Assembly: GCA_965262145.1 (NCBI GenBank) | Contig: OZ253501.1 | Coordinates: 4,952,268 to 5,016,267, forward strand | Origin: Candidatus Latescibacterota bacterium | Lineage (GTDB): Bacteria; Latescibacterota; UBA2968 | Length of the DNA stretch: 64,000 nucleotides | Direction: 5' to 3' | Notes under the pieces: model-generated | Databases searched by the model: none | The model's input: only the letters and a program-made list of their open reading frames with translations | What the model was told of the DNA's origin: nothing | Made by a program: the position numbers and the translations under genes | Shown: in pieces, positions 21,442 through 31,144 of the stretch | Layout of the letters: each line of letters begins with the position of its first letter | Numbering within the stretch: the stretch's first letter is position 1

Positions 21442-21561
21442 GTGCATCCTGCTGTATGCAGTGCATCCCGGCGTATGCACTTTGTTTATCTTTATATGAA
21501 TCAGGTATTTATGCATAATTTTTTTGAATAAACGATTATAAGTGCATCCTGGCGTATGCAC
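21442..21561. promoter_or_regulatory. Three palindromic upstream activator sites (GTGCAT-N8-ATGCAC) with an IHF-like site
   Basis: Copies at 21442-21461, 21461-21480 and 21542-21561; AATCAGGTATTTA (WATCAR-N4-TTR) at 21499-21511. Confidence 0.8.
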
Positions 21562-21668
21562 TTACGCCTGAATCTCGCAGATGTAGCACAAATAATTCTT
21601 AAATTTTATCCCATTGTTTTACAAGCACTTGGTAATACTCAAGTGCTTTTTTTTTTCTGAAACGATTT

Positions 21669-21685
21669 TAGGCACGCATCTTGCG
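21669..21685 (+). promoter_or_regulatory. Sigma-54 (-24/-12) promoter
   Basis: taGGCACgcatcTTGCg with exact GG-N10-GC spacing, downstream of enhancer sites and an EBP gene. Confidence 0.85.
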
Positions 21686-21741
21686 ATATAAAAAGGGCAA
21701 GACAGTGAACACATAACATTTTTGTATTGAAGGAGGATAAC

Positions 21742-21921
21742 ATGAAGACTCGGTGCAAGTTGACTTTGATCAATGGAAGGATAGACATAGAGGGGGATAT
21801 TCAAATATATCGATTCACGAATAGCCTTGAAATAGGGGGATGTCCATCTGGTGCGCCGGTTGTTCCGCCCGTGCCCTTTCCCGCTGATGACGATTGGGAC
21901 GATTTTGATCAAGCTGAGTAA
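21742..21921 (+). CDS. 59-aa candidate RiPP precursor peptide
   Basis: AAGGAGG RBS; first gene after the sigma54 promoter, directly upstream of a radical SAM/SPASM gene; MKTRCKLTLINGRIDIEGDIQIYRFTNSLEIGGCPSGAPVVPPVPFPADDDWDDFDQAE. Confidence 0.7.
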   Translation: MKTRCKLTLINGRIDIEGDIQIYRFTNSLEIGGCPSGAPVVPPVPFPADDDWDDFDQAE

Positions 21922-21949
21922 ATCATCTCTGTTCGGAGGAGTGCGTACT

Positions 21950-23386
21950 ATGCTGTGCATCCAGAAATGCGACATGCATCTTTTTCAAACTGAAGAGCAA
22001 AATCAGCCGATTGTCTATCAGGTTGAGACGGGTCTATTTTTTAAGCTGGATACCTTTTTCCAGTCGATTTTAGCGTGTTGTGAGGGTTTGTCTGCTACCC
22101 AGGTTGTCCAGATGCTGACCGATCAATATGAAGCAGAAGAAATTGTCGAGGCCATTGGGGAATTGGCCCAGGTGGGGTTGATTTCGGATGGTGCTCTACC
22201 TGTGGTATCCAATGTGCCGACGACAGAAGGGGTAGCAGCCTGTGGGGTATCGCAGACAGATCGTTTGCAGGTGTCGTTGCACGTTTCGCATACGTGCAAT
22301 ATCCAATGTGCTTATTGCTTTGCTCACGGCGGGGATTATGGCGGCAAGGCCATGTTGATGCAACCGGACGTTGCCGAGCAAGCGATACGCTGGATCATCA
22401 CCGAGGCCCAGGCATTGGGGCGGTGCCAGATTGATTTTTTTGGCGGTGAGCCGCTCTTGAACTTTCCGTTGCTGTGCAAGCTGGTGCCATTTGCCAAATC
22501 CCTATCAGCGCGATTGGGTGTGCAGGTTGGTTTTGGCATTGTGACCAATGGCACGTTGTTGACCGACGAGATGAAGCAATTTTTGATCGATGAAAAGTTT
22601 CAAATTAAGGTCAGCCTGGATGGTGGGCGCAACACACAGGATCGCATTCGCAAGTTTCACAATGGTTCTGGCACTTATGATGTTGTGGCAAAGAATGTAA
22701 AAAAACTGACGGCTGAGGCACCTGAGCGCGTGTACCTGCAAGCCGTTATGACAGCGTATGACCTGGACGAGGATCAAATTGCCAATGAGTTGCGTTCTCT
22801 GGGTACTGAAAACGCGCTCATTGGCCCGGCTGTTGTTTCCCCCGATGCACCATACTCCATTCGAGAAGAACACATACCCGCATTGAAACAACAAATTCAC
22901 AAGCGAAGCCGGCGTGCGCTCAAAGCCATTTTAAGTGGTGAAGAGGGTGAAGATGAAGAGTTTGACCCAAGGATTCAAAAACTTTTGACACGCAAAAAAT
23001 CTTGTCACGGGTGTCTCGGCGGCAAGCAGTATTTGGCTGTTGCAGCAGATGGGTCAATTTATTTTTGCTCGAGTTTGGCCGATGCGCCCGAGTTTAAGAT
23101 GGGTGATGTGTTTGCGGGTATTGATCGCGAAAAACAGCAGTATTTTGACACTCAGTTCAATGTCAATAATCGGCCTGAGTGCAAAACGTGCTGGGCGCGC
23201 AATTTATGTGGTGGCGGATGTCTTTGGGAGGCGCGGACGACAACGGATGATCCGATGTCTCCCAACCCGGTTTATTGTGAACAGACGCGCTATCGCTATG
23301 AACTGGCAATGGAAATGTGTATGGAAATAGCAGAAGCAGATGCGTCTTTATTGCAGCGACGTTATGACCTGGAAGTGGTATCATAA
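21950..23386 (+). CDS. Radical SAM/SPASM peptide maturase with N-terminal RRE-like domain
   Basis: CNIQCAYC, FFGGEPL, TNGTL, SLDG; SPASM C..G.IYFC and CKTCWARNLCGGGC..C; N-terminal extension resembling a PqqD/RRE; GGAGG RBS. Confidence 0.92.
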   Translation: MLCIQKCDMHLFQTEEQNQPIVYQVETGLFFKLDTFFQSILACCEGLSATQVVQMLTDQYEAEEIVEAIGELAQVGLISDGALPVVSNVPTTEGVAACGVSQTDRLQVSLHVSHTCNIQCAYCFAHGGDYGGKAMLMQPDVAEQAIRWIITEAQALGRCQIDFFGGEPLLNFPLLCKLVPFAKSLSARLGVQVGFGIVTNGTLLTDEMKQFLIDEKFQIKVSLDGGRNTQDRIRKFHNGSGTYDVVAKNVKKLTAEAPERVYLQAVMTAYDLDEDQIANELRSLGTENALIGPAVVSPDAPYSIREEHIPALKQQIHKRSRRALKAILSGEEGEDEEFDPRIQKLLTRKKSCHGCLGGKQYLAVAADGSIYFCSSLADAPEFKMGDVFAGIDREKQQYFDTQFNVNNRPECKTCWARNLCGGGCLWEARTTTDDPMSPNPVYCEQTRYRYELAMEMCMEIAEADASLLQRRYDLEVVS

Positions 23387-23445
23387 GCAGAGAAGTTAGG
23401 AATGCATAAAATTTCAGACTATAATTGCAAGGAAAGGAGAGACAA

Positions 23446-24096
23446 ATGAAGAAACTTTTATTCATCTTCATATTCACTCTATTCTCGACCGAGATAATTG
23501 CTCAAGGCACAGGCTCTCTGCGCTTATGTGCCGGTGACAATATCATAACATTTGGACTTGCCAATGAGTCGGGAACCGTAGTTAAATCGATAAAAATAAT
23601 TTCTGATACTGAGAAATTTCCCAATTGGTTGCGTGTTAAGGAATCTTTAATTCCTGTAGATTTTATGTCAGGGGCACTTGAGCTATCGCTTCAGATCAAC
23701 GTTGATCAGGGCCATGAAGGCGAAGTTGTCTCCTTGCCACTCATCCTGATAGGTGACAATGGTCATCGTTGGTATGTTGAGCCATTTGCAACCATTGAAG
23801 TCCGCAAAATCACTAAAAACGAGCTACTGCCCAACTTTCCTAACCCTTTCAATCCGGAGACGACGATTAATTATCGTCTTGCCGGAAATACTGATCAAGA
23901 GACTAAGCTTGTTATCTACAATGCTATAGGGCAAGAAATCCGTACTCTTGTTCAAAAAGTTCAACCTGCAGGAGAATATGTGGTGCATTGGGATGGAACC
24001 GACATTCTCGGGCAAAAAGTTTCAAGCGGCATATATATGTATCACCTGACCTCGGGTGATTTTTCCCAGACAAGAAGAATGATGCTTCTCAAATGA
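23446..24096 (+). CDS. Secreted protein with FlgD-Ig / T9SS-type C-terminal sorting domain
   Basis: Signal peptide MKKLLFIFIF; ELLPNFPNPFNPETTINY..IYNAIGQEIRTL..WDG..SGIY..MMLLK. Confidence 0.88.
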   Translation: MKKLLFIFIFTLFSTEIIAQGTGSLRLCAGDNIITFGLANESGTVVKSIKIISDTEKFPNWLRVKESLIPVDFMSGALELSLQINVDQGHEGEVVSLPLILIGDNGHRWYVEPFATIEVRKITKNELLPNFPNPFNPETTINYRLAGNTDQETKLVIYNAIGQEIRTLVQKVQPAGEYVVHWDGTDILGQKVSSGIYMYHLTSGDFSQTRRMMLLK

Positions 24097-24144
24097 CTTG
24101 CTTTCCATAGTTCTTTCAAATGTATTTGATTGGAGATTTAGACT

Positions 24145-25944
24145 ATGAAACATTTGATATACCTGATTATGTGTTTTGTGCTTGCCGCACCGGCAAATAG
24201 CATTGAGTACCATAGTGTGCTCGTGGATGGTTCAGCAGGCATATTGATTGACGGAAGTTTGGCTGATTGGCAAGCCTATAAATTGTCCAGGCAGAAGCTC
24301 GAATATTGGCGATTAATGCCCCATAATAGATCGGGAACGCCAACCACTGATCAAGACCTGTCCGCAACTTTTCAGGTATTTGCAGACACCGATCATATTT
24401 ATTTTGCTATTGTGGTAGTAGATGATGAGGTCGTTTTTGAACGATCAGTCTTTGGACAAAGCTGGTGGGATGATGCGGTCTGGATAGAATTTGACGGGGG
24501 CTACCTTGAGATTACCAAACAAGCCTCTGGTGAAGTGGTTGTTGAAAGTCTATTGGAGGTAGCAGGGAAAAAAATTAGCGTACCCTATCTCTCAGAAGCT
24601 ATAGGTGTTGAAGCAGCAATTTCACAGACGGCATCGGGGTACATAGTCGAAGCAAAAGTGCCGCGTCAGATTGTGCAGATAGATGCTTTTAAAAAAGATT
24701 CGCGTCTGTTATTTAATGTGTCTGTTGTGGATCATGATGTTGCTGGCATACAGGAACATAGACTGTCTCTCGACAAAGATATTTCGTCTTCGGTCTTGCT
24801 TTCTCAGATAATCACTGCACCCTCCTGGAATGAAATTATCCCAGGGCGTCATCCCTCTACCAAGCCCGCCATTTCACCAGCAGGCACGACACATCCCACC
24901 AAATCGGGGTTCAATAATCAGGGGCAATTAGTGATAACCCTTTTGGGAAACACGGCCTCTGATAAACTCGACTTAGCCAAGAGACAAGAGATCAACATAG
25001 CAACCATCCTCGCACAATATCACGCAGCAACAAAGGCTGATAAACCCAATCCGAAGACCTTAATCTGGACGGGAGGGCTTGCCGGCATATTGGCTGTGGG
25101 AGAAGGGAATTATCGGATATTCTCGGATAGATTTCGCGATATCCAGAAAGTTGATGATCCTTATGTGCGGGAGTGGGCAGTGACGCATCATAGAGGGTAT
25201 CAACGCGGTTTCGGAAGAACGACGCTTAAGTTGCCAGATGCCGAAGCCATACGTCGCCTTGAAGAAGCCTTGCAAGTAGCAGACGATGCACAAGACCACG
25301 AATTTTATTTTCAGATCATGAGCAACCTGTACAAAGTGCGGGAAAGGGCACAGTTACCCGTAGATCAAATGCTCGAAAAGGGTATTCGCTATGCCGCGAG
25401 GATTGTGGACCAATCTGGAACCGATAAAATGGGACAATTGGCAGCGACAAATCGCCTCAAGTATCGGCTGTTTTTAGCCCAAAGCCAGCCCTTTGTAAAA
25501 ATCGACGGTCTGCTTGCAAAGCAGGAGCTTTTGAGGTATGCAGAAAATTTTAGTCGCGGTTCTGATGAGCATCTCAATCTGCTCAAGCAAATCGGCAATA
25601 TTTATCGCAAAGTGGGGATGGCTCCAGAGGCTTTAGAATTTTACAAAAAAATCGCAGAACTGGCTCAAACACCTGCGTATGCTGTGGTTGCACGCATAGG
25701 TATGGCACATACGTATATGGATATTGCGAAAAACAGGACTTCAATGGCAAAATTGCGAGAGGCTGAGAAGATTCTGACCAATCCCACAAATTACAATGAG
25801 CGTGCTGTTTTAGCACATCTGCACATGACATTTGTTCGCGCGCATGGGGAGTGGTATGACTACAAAAGAGTCCGTGAGCACCTGAAACTCTTAAATGAGT
25901 ATCTTCCCCCTGATCCTTCCATGCAAGTTAGAACTACCCCATAA
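24145..25944 (+). CDS. Secreted protein with CBM9/DOMON-like sugar-binding domain and TPR repeats
   Basis: Signal peptide; IDGSLADW, IYFAIVVVDD, DAVWIEFD, GYIVEAKVP; C-terminal TPR-like helices. Confidence 0.7.
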   Translation: MKHLIYLIMCFVLAAPANSIEYHSVLVDGSAGILIDGSLADWQAYKLSRQKLEYWRLMPHNRSGTPTTDQDLSATFQVFADTDHIYFAIVVVDDEVVFERSVFGQSWWDDAVWIEFDGGYLEITKQASGEVVVESLLEVAGKKISVPYLSEAIGVEAAISQTASGYIVEAKVPRQIVQIDAFKKDSRLLFNVSVVDHDVAGIQEHRLSLDKDISSSVLLSQIITAPSWNEIIPGRHPSTKPAISPAGTTHPTKSGFNNQGQLVITLLGNTASDKLDLAKRQEINIATILAQYHAATKADKPNPKTLIWTGGLAGILAVGEGNYRIFSDRFRDIQKVDDPYVREWAVTHHRGYQRGFGRTTLKLPDAEAIRRLEEALQVADDAQDHEFYFQIMSNLYKVRERAQLPVDQMLEKGIRYAARIVDQSGTDKMGQLAATNRLKYRLFLAQSQPFVKIDGLLAKQELLRYAENFSRGSDEHLNLLKQIGNIYRKVGMAPEALEFYKKIAELAQTPAYAVVARIGMAHTYMDIAKNRTSMAKLREAEKILTNPTNYNERAVLAHLHMTFVRAHGEWYDYKRVREHLKLLNEYLPPDPSMQVRTTP

Positions 25945-26877
25945 ATATGAGGAGCTTCATAATGAGCAAATACATCCACACTTTGTTTGTTGGCATAAGC
26001 CTTTTGTTGTTTGGAACAAGCGTCTCGTTTGGAGATGATGCAAGCTATAAAAAAAAGCTCCCATTTGGTCCTCCCGAAGCGAATTGTTGGCAAATATGGG
26101 ATTACCCCAATAAGATCTGGTATATTGATTGCGGAGATTTGCCCGAAATCGAAATAGTTGCACAATCACCTCCGACCAGTGAAGATATTTATCACAATGT
26201 AGGTGAACCCTGGTGGCATGTTGATCTATTTGGAAAGCCATATCGCTGGGATTTCTCTACATATCTATGGGAAGAAATACCTGCTTCAGCTATGCCATTG
26301 GCAGTGTATCTTGATCTTGTTCATGGTCAATCAACCACGATTGATTGCGCCCCCAGAGGGACTTCAGCCAATACACGAAAGCGGGATCTTATAGTTTCGA
26401 CTAAACCAATCTTTAATGATCTATTGATTACTTCGATTACAAAAACAAGAGAAAGTACGCCCCATTATGGGCATCATCACACACCCGACAACAATGCCGT
26501 CCTGTGTCGTGGTTCCACGAACTTTGATGATGGTTCAACAAATGACAATGGTGTATTCCAATTTTTTTATCGTGGACCAGAAGCCGCGGGCAGAACGGTT
26601 GTAACTGTAAATTGGAGAGACCCGCGAGACGATGAAACGGGATCGGTGTCCATGACCTTTGAGAACAGACACGATGGCCTGGTAGAAATGACGGGTACTC
26701 TAGCTATGACTTTAACCGGGCATGAGAGAGATGACTTTCATCTCGCCCCAGATATTCATTGGGCCACTTCGACTACAAAGAGCCGTATTGGAAGTCTTGC
26801 TGCACTCTTTTATGCAGAATATGATGAAAAATTGAAGGTGAATGATGGCTCTCTGAGATATGGGGGATTATATGATT

Positions 26878-28710
26878 GAGTCCGCTCCGAAAAGGGTGTA
26901 ATAGAGTGTAATAGAGAGTATAGGTTTTTTGTGAGCGTTGGGTCTGTCTGTGTCGCCTTTGGTGGTGACGTATGGTATTGGGGTCGTGTATAGAGTGCCC
27001 GTGCTTTGCAGGCGTGCTGACGAGGTTACAACGTGCATGTTTGGGTCAACAGGGTGCACCTATTGGGGGGTCTTCATTTGGCTGGGCGAGATAATTCTTG
27101 ATCCTTACCAGATTGATCCATAAACTGCGACACCATGCCCAGACTTGATGGGGCAAAAGCCGACGATAACGCGTTTTACCCCCTGTTGTATGATAGCTCA
27201 ACTGGAAGATGCTGGCCTCAACATTATGGCGTCGATTGCGGATGTGCACAGGCATGTCTTCAATCTGTTTTCGCCGGTGATAGGCAAGGATGTCTTGTTG
27301 GGTAATATATCGCGGCTTCCCTGCGATGAAGAGTTTGTATTTGCCCGGTTTATATTCTTGTGCAAGCTGAATTTCTCCACTGTGTCGATCAATGACTTCA
27401 ACCCCTTCTTCTGTGCGTTCATATATCAAACGTCCCGGTCTGCCTTGTAGCCCACTGTAATAGAATTGCTTGTCCTCTTTGTCGGCATACGCACTGTTGC
27501 AAGCCGCATGGTAAGCCCCATCCATCGACACGTCCGAGACCTGTCCGACCACCTCCTGTGTCCGTTCTATGGCCGGTTGGACAAAAGCGTTATCCGCAGC
27601 CGTTGCCGCTTTGACTTCTACATCCGTGATCAAATTGAGGCCCTCCCCATCACAGGTCTCAGTGAGATTGACACTATATCCCTTGACCTTTTGCACCCCT
27701 TTTCTGCGAAAGGTCGCATCTGGATCATGGACAGACTGTAAGGAGGAAGAAGAAATAGATTGTGATGGCTTGGGAAGCACTGATTTTTCACTGGCGGAGA
27801 CACTGACGGTGTATTGGTCAGAAAAAATACGCACGATGAGACCATATTCATCGCTGTCTTTCTCCTGATAGGCCGCCAACAGTCTGCACAGTAACAAACC
27901 GAGGGCTTCGAGCTTCTCCCCTTTTTCTGCACTGCTGAGTGGATACCCAACCTGATGCGGCTTCACCTTGAGCAAGGCGTCCAAAACCTCGCGGTCTGCT
28001 GCGCATAATCGTTCCTTTGCGCCCTTGTCTAACGAGCCCCAGAACCCTTGTAAGCACCCAATGACCAACTGCAAGCGACAACAGGTGGCAATATTGGCGC
28101 CGATTAACTTGCTGTCCATTCGCACCTGCTGACCCGTCACGCCAAAGACTTTAGCCTGTGTCTTGGTTAAGCTGGAAAACGTCTCCCCAATCAGATTGCG
28201 ACCCCTTTGCAGGCCATAGGCATACAGGGACTGCTTGAACAGATAATACGTCGAAGCCACAGGCACCTCATCCGACAGATTCATCAACCCTAAAGCACGC
28301 ATCACCAAGATGTTGAATCCACACTGCTCAAAAAGTTGCGCATCGCTCCACCCAAAGCCCTCTTTCAAGATCATCATCGACACCAAGCGGCGCACAGAAG
28401 CATTGGGACGGCCTTGCTCACGATCAAACAAGACCGAAAAGACATCTTCATCTATCTTGCAGGTAATATGTGCGTAGAACACATTATGCCAAGCACTCGG
28501 ATCATTCAACTGCGCCTGCTTGCGCCCTTTGAAATGGGACTCAAAACTCGAAAACAGATCCGGTTGGCTTGATGGGGCACTTCTTCTAAACATTGCGATA
28601 CTCCCACAGGATTACTTTATAGGTTATACATCCGTTACGAGGCCACAGCCTCACACACGTAATTTAACTCTTTTTACATAAAAATAAAATCGACTTTTCG
28701 GAGCGGACTC
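26878..28710 (-). mobile_element. Intact insertion sequence (IS1182/IS5-like), 1833 bp
   Basis: Perfect 17-bp TIRs GAGTCCGCTCCGAAAAG; 6-bp target duplication ATGATT at 26872-26877 and 28711-28716. Confidence 0.93.
27046..28593 (-). CDS. DDE transposase (DUF772-like N-terminus)
   Basis: GRP..LKE..WSD, RMDSKLI, DPDATFRRK, MDGAY, RHNVEAS motifs. Confidence 0.9.
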   Translation of the reverse strand: MFRRSAPSSQPDLFSSFESHFKGRKQAQLNDPSAWHNVFYAHITCKIDEDVFSVLFDREQGRPNASVRRLVSMMILKEGFGWSDAQLFEQCGFNILVMRALGLMNLSDEVPVASTYYLFKQSLYAYGLQRGRNLIGETFSSLTKTQAKVFGVTGQQVRMDSKLIGANIATCCRLQLVIGCLQGFWGSLDKGAKERLCAADREVLDALLKVKPHQVGYPLSSAEKGEKLEALGLLLCRLLAAYQEKDSDEYGLIVRIFSDQYTVSVSASEKSVLPKPSQSISSSSLQSVHDPDATFRRKGVQKVKGYSVNLTETCDGEGLNLITDVEVKAATAADNAFVQPAIERTQEVVGQVSDVSMDGAYHAACNSAYADKEDKQFYYSGLQGRPGRLIYERTEEGVEVIDRHSGEIQLAQEYKPGKYKLFIAGKPRYITQQDILAYHRRKQIEDMPVHIRNRRHNVEASIFQLSYHTTGGKTRYRRLLPHQVWAWCRSLWINLVRIKNYLAQPNEDPPIGAPC

Positions 28711-28947
28711 ATGATTACAATGAAACCTGGGCACCACCTCATTGGGGGCATCGGGATGGCAAGAATGTGGATGTTTATCCGACAGCACCGGATAGTAGCA
28801 AGTGGGAGTTTCTCAAGGATAAGATAGAGGAACTCGGCAGCACCTTCATAGATAAGAGCAAAGTATCTCCTAAACACCTTCACTTCGAAGAATAAGAAAG
28901 GTCTGTTCTCCAACATTGAAACACACAACTGGAAAGGATAAATTACA

Positions 28948-29862
28948 ATGAAAGCGATTTTATATGTGGCAATGGTGCTGTTTCTTATAACGAGTTCAGC
29001 CATGGCAGAGCGAAAGACGCTCGACAAAATACATCGTCAAATACCCGTTGGCGCGTCAGAAGTGCTTGTGCCCAACCCAAAGAGACAAGAGGGCTATGAC
29101 TTGGTTATCAAACCCCATGAGTTAAAATATGATGATAAGACGAGCCTTTACACCTATACGTATTGGGAAGATGATAGCACCTCTGTGAAACTGCTTTATG
29201 AGCCATCCAACCGGCTTGATGTGACAGTTGCTTGTGCTGTGGTCTATGATAGAGAATCGGACGAATACACCTATACTTATCACATCCTGAATAGCAAGAA
29301 CAGTGTACAGCCTTTACGTATATTTGCTGTAGATATAGACCGTAGCCTGGTAATTCGGACTGAATCTGATCCTTGGTATTATTACTCTACGAATGAGCCA
29401 CCTCCCGGTTCACCCAGATGGGTATTTTGGGGCTCAATGGGTAGGGATGTGTCTCCAGGAGGGTCAATTTCTTTGACGCTTGTGAGCAAACAAGGACCTG
29501 TGATCGCGACCTGCTACTCCAAAGGCCGTGCACGAACTTTTGATCACCCTGTTATTGTCAATGCTTTGGCCTCTCCTCCAGCAAATAAAGAGGGTGTTAC
29601 AGGTCAAACGCTTGGTCCTGGTATTTTGAATGCAGACAATGCACAAGCGCAGGTCGAGGCATTTCTCCAGATTGCTCAGACCTGGGGGTGGGTCAGCACA
29701 GATAAGAAAGGCGCGGCACTTGTTCACCTTTCTAAAGGATTGGATAGAAATACCTTCAACGCCTTAAAAAACGAACTGAATCCCAATCCTGGTGAGGTTG
29801 AAAGTGAGATGGCTGCGTTCTTAGAGCACTTTGCCAATAAGCAGGGATTTGTGGATGATTAG
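28948..29862 (+). CDS. Secreted hypothetical protein
   Basis: Signal peptide ending SSAMA; AAGGA RBS; no family recognised. Confidence 0.7.
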   Translation: MKAILYVAMVLFLITSSAMAERKTLDKIHRQIPVGASEVLVPNPKRQEGYDLVIKPHELKYDDKTSLYTYTYWEDDSTSVKLLYEPSNRLDVTVACAVVYDRESDEYTYTYHILNSKNSVQPLRIFAVDIDRSLVIRTESDPWYYYSTNEPPPGSPRWVFWGSMGRDVSPGGSISLTLVSKQGPVIATCYSKGRARTFDHPVIVNALASPPANKEGVTGQTLGPGILNADNAQAQVEAFLQIAQTWGWVSTDKKGAALVHLSKGLDRNTFNALKNELNPNPGEVESEMAAFLEHFANKQGFVDD

Positions 29863-29959
29863 CATCTTCTGCATTGGGGCAGCATACCGCCTCGCGCAGC
29901 AGAATCAAGCCAGCGTAAAAAGATAATGAAGAACGCCTATTATCGAGATATTTGCTTAA

Positions 29960-30010
29960 AAACGGCATCCAAATGGGGATGATAACGCCCTGTTAGATGC
30001 CGTTTATTTT
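29960..30010 (+). terminator. Probable intrinsic terminator
   Basis: AAACGGCATC...GATGCCGTTT stem followed by a T-rich tract. Confidence 0.55.
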
Positions 30011-30060
30011 ACTTTTTTGGTGTGGGATTCTCGACAGATTGTTGGTGATGGGAGGAATAT

Positions 30061-31038
30061 ATCACTCTAAAATCCGGCCTCGATAAATGGCCACTCATTG
30101 GACAGCACCCCTCACTCTTAGACGTACAAAAGCGCGCGTGCCGCGTGGCGAATAGCGAATTGCCCATCAACATCAGCGGAGAGACTGGCACGGGCAAGGA
30201 ATTGCTCGCCCGTTATATTCACGGAATTAGCCACCGCAACAAGGGACCATTTGTAACCGTTGACTGCGGTCTGCTCTCTTATGAGATAGCGCGCAGCGAG
30301 TTATTTGGACATGTTCGAGGTGCTTTTACTGGCGCCATTGAAACGCGCCGCGGACTGGTTGAATCTGCTCAAGGCGGTACGCTATTCCTCGATGAAGTGG
30401 GCGAATTGCCTGCCAACCTTCAGCTGCAATTGCTTCGCCTGGTACAGGAACAGGAATTTCGCCGCATAGGCGAAGTATCCATGCGCCGATCCAACGTGCG
30501 CCTGATCACTGCGACACACTGCAATTTGAAAAAAATGATGCGAACAGGAACTTTCCGAGAAGATCTCTATTACCGCTTAAATGTCGTACCCCTCCATATG
30601 CCGCCCCTGCGGAAGCGACTGAGCGATTTGCCACTTTTGGTCACGCATTTTTGCAAAAGTATGGAAGGATACACACGCGCGTTTTCCCTCGAAGTAATTC
30701 AAAGGATGTCGCATTATGCCTGGCCAGGCAATGTTCGGGAACTACAACACGAAGTCGCCCGATTGATGGTCATGAGCGAAGGTAAAATTATCCGTGTATC
30801 CGACCTGCACCCTCGCATTCGAGGGTCCAAAGCCGAGGTTGATGTATTTGACCTCCCGTTTAAGGAAGCCAGACAACTGGCGAACAACCGGTTTATGCGG
30901 GAGTATATTCATAGAGCTTTACAGCGAACACAGGGCAATGTATCGCAAGCAGCGCGAGAATGCGGGATTGGCCGGCAATATTTCCAATTGCGTATGTCTG
31001 AACACGGTCTAAGGTCGGCATTTTACAAGGAGAAATAA
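30061..31038 (+). CDS. Sigma54 enhancer-binding protein lacking a sensor domain
   Basis: GETGTGKE, GAFTGA, FLDEVG, WPGNVREL, Fis HTH; homology (LIGQHP) extends upstream of the GTG at 30145 to an ATC at 30061 behind GGAGG. Confidence 0.85.
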   Translation: MTLKSGLDKWPLIGQHPSLLDVQKRACRVANSELPINISGETGTGKELLARYIHGISHRNKGPFVTVDCGLLSYEIARSELFGHVRGAFTGAIETRRGLVESAQGGTLFLDEVGELPANLQLQLLRLVQEQEFRRIGEVSMRRSNVRLITATHCNLKKMMRTGTFREDLYYRLNVVPLHMPPLRKRLSDLPLLVTHFCKSMEGYTRAFSLEVIQRMSHYAWPGNVRELQHEVARLMVMSEGKIIRVSDLHPRIRGSKAEVDVFDLPFKEARQLANNRFMREYIHRALQRTQGNVSQAARECGIGRQYFQLRMSEHGLRSAFYKEK

Positions 31039-31144
31039 TGTTTTAAAGAGCGCGAATCAACGAATAGACGAATAGACGAATAGACGGACCCCGCCACCCA
31101 AAGTCAGTGCGAACTTCATGAACTGTTATCGCAGTTGTACCCCG

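Larger units (their letters stand above)
25962..28895 (+). pseudogene. Secreted MepA-like (LAS) zinc metallopeptidase interrupted by an IS
   Basis: Removing the IS and one target duplication restores the frame: VNDGSLRYGGLYDYNETWAPPHWGHRDGKNVDV...HLHFEE-stop at 28895. Confidence 0.8.

Noticed and set aside
21442-21561. Possible mini-CRISPR or ncRNA repeats
   Set aside because: Irregular spacing (two copies abut); better explained as enhancer sites for the sigma54 promoter
21851-21949. Longer N-terminus of the rSAM ORF
   Set aside because: Overlaps the peptide gene; the GGAGG RBS supports ATG 21950
31063-31087. (GAATAGAC)x3 microsatellite
   Set aside because: Short intergenic repeat with no supportable function
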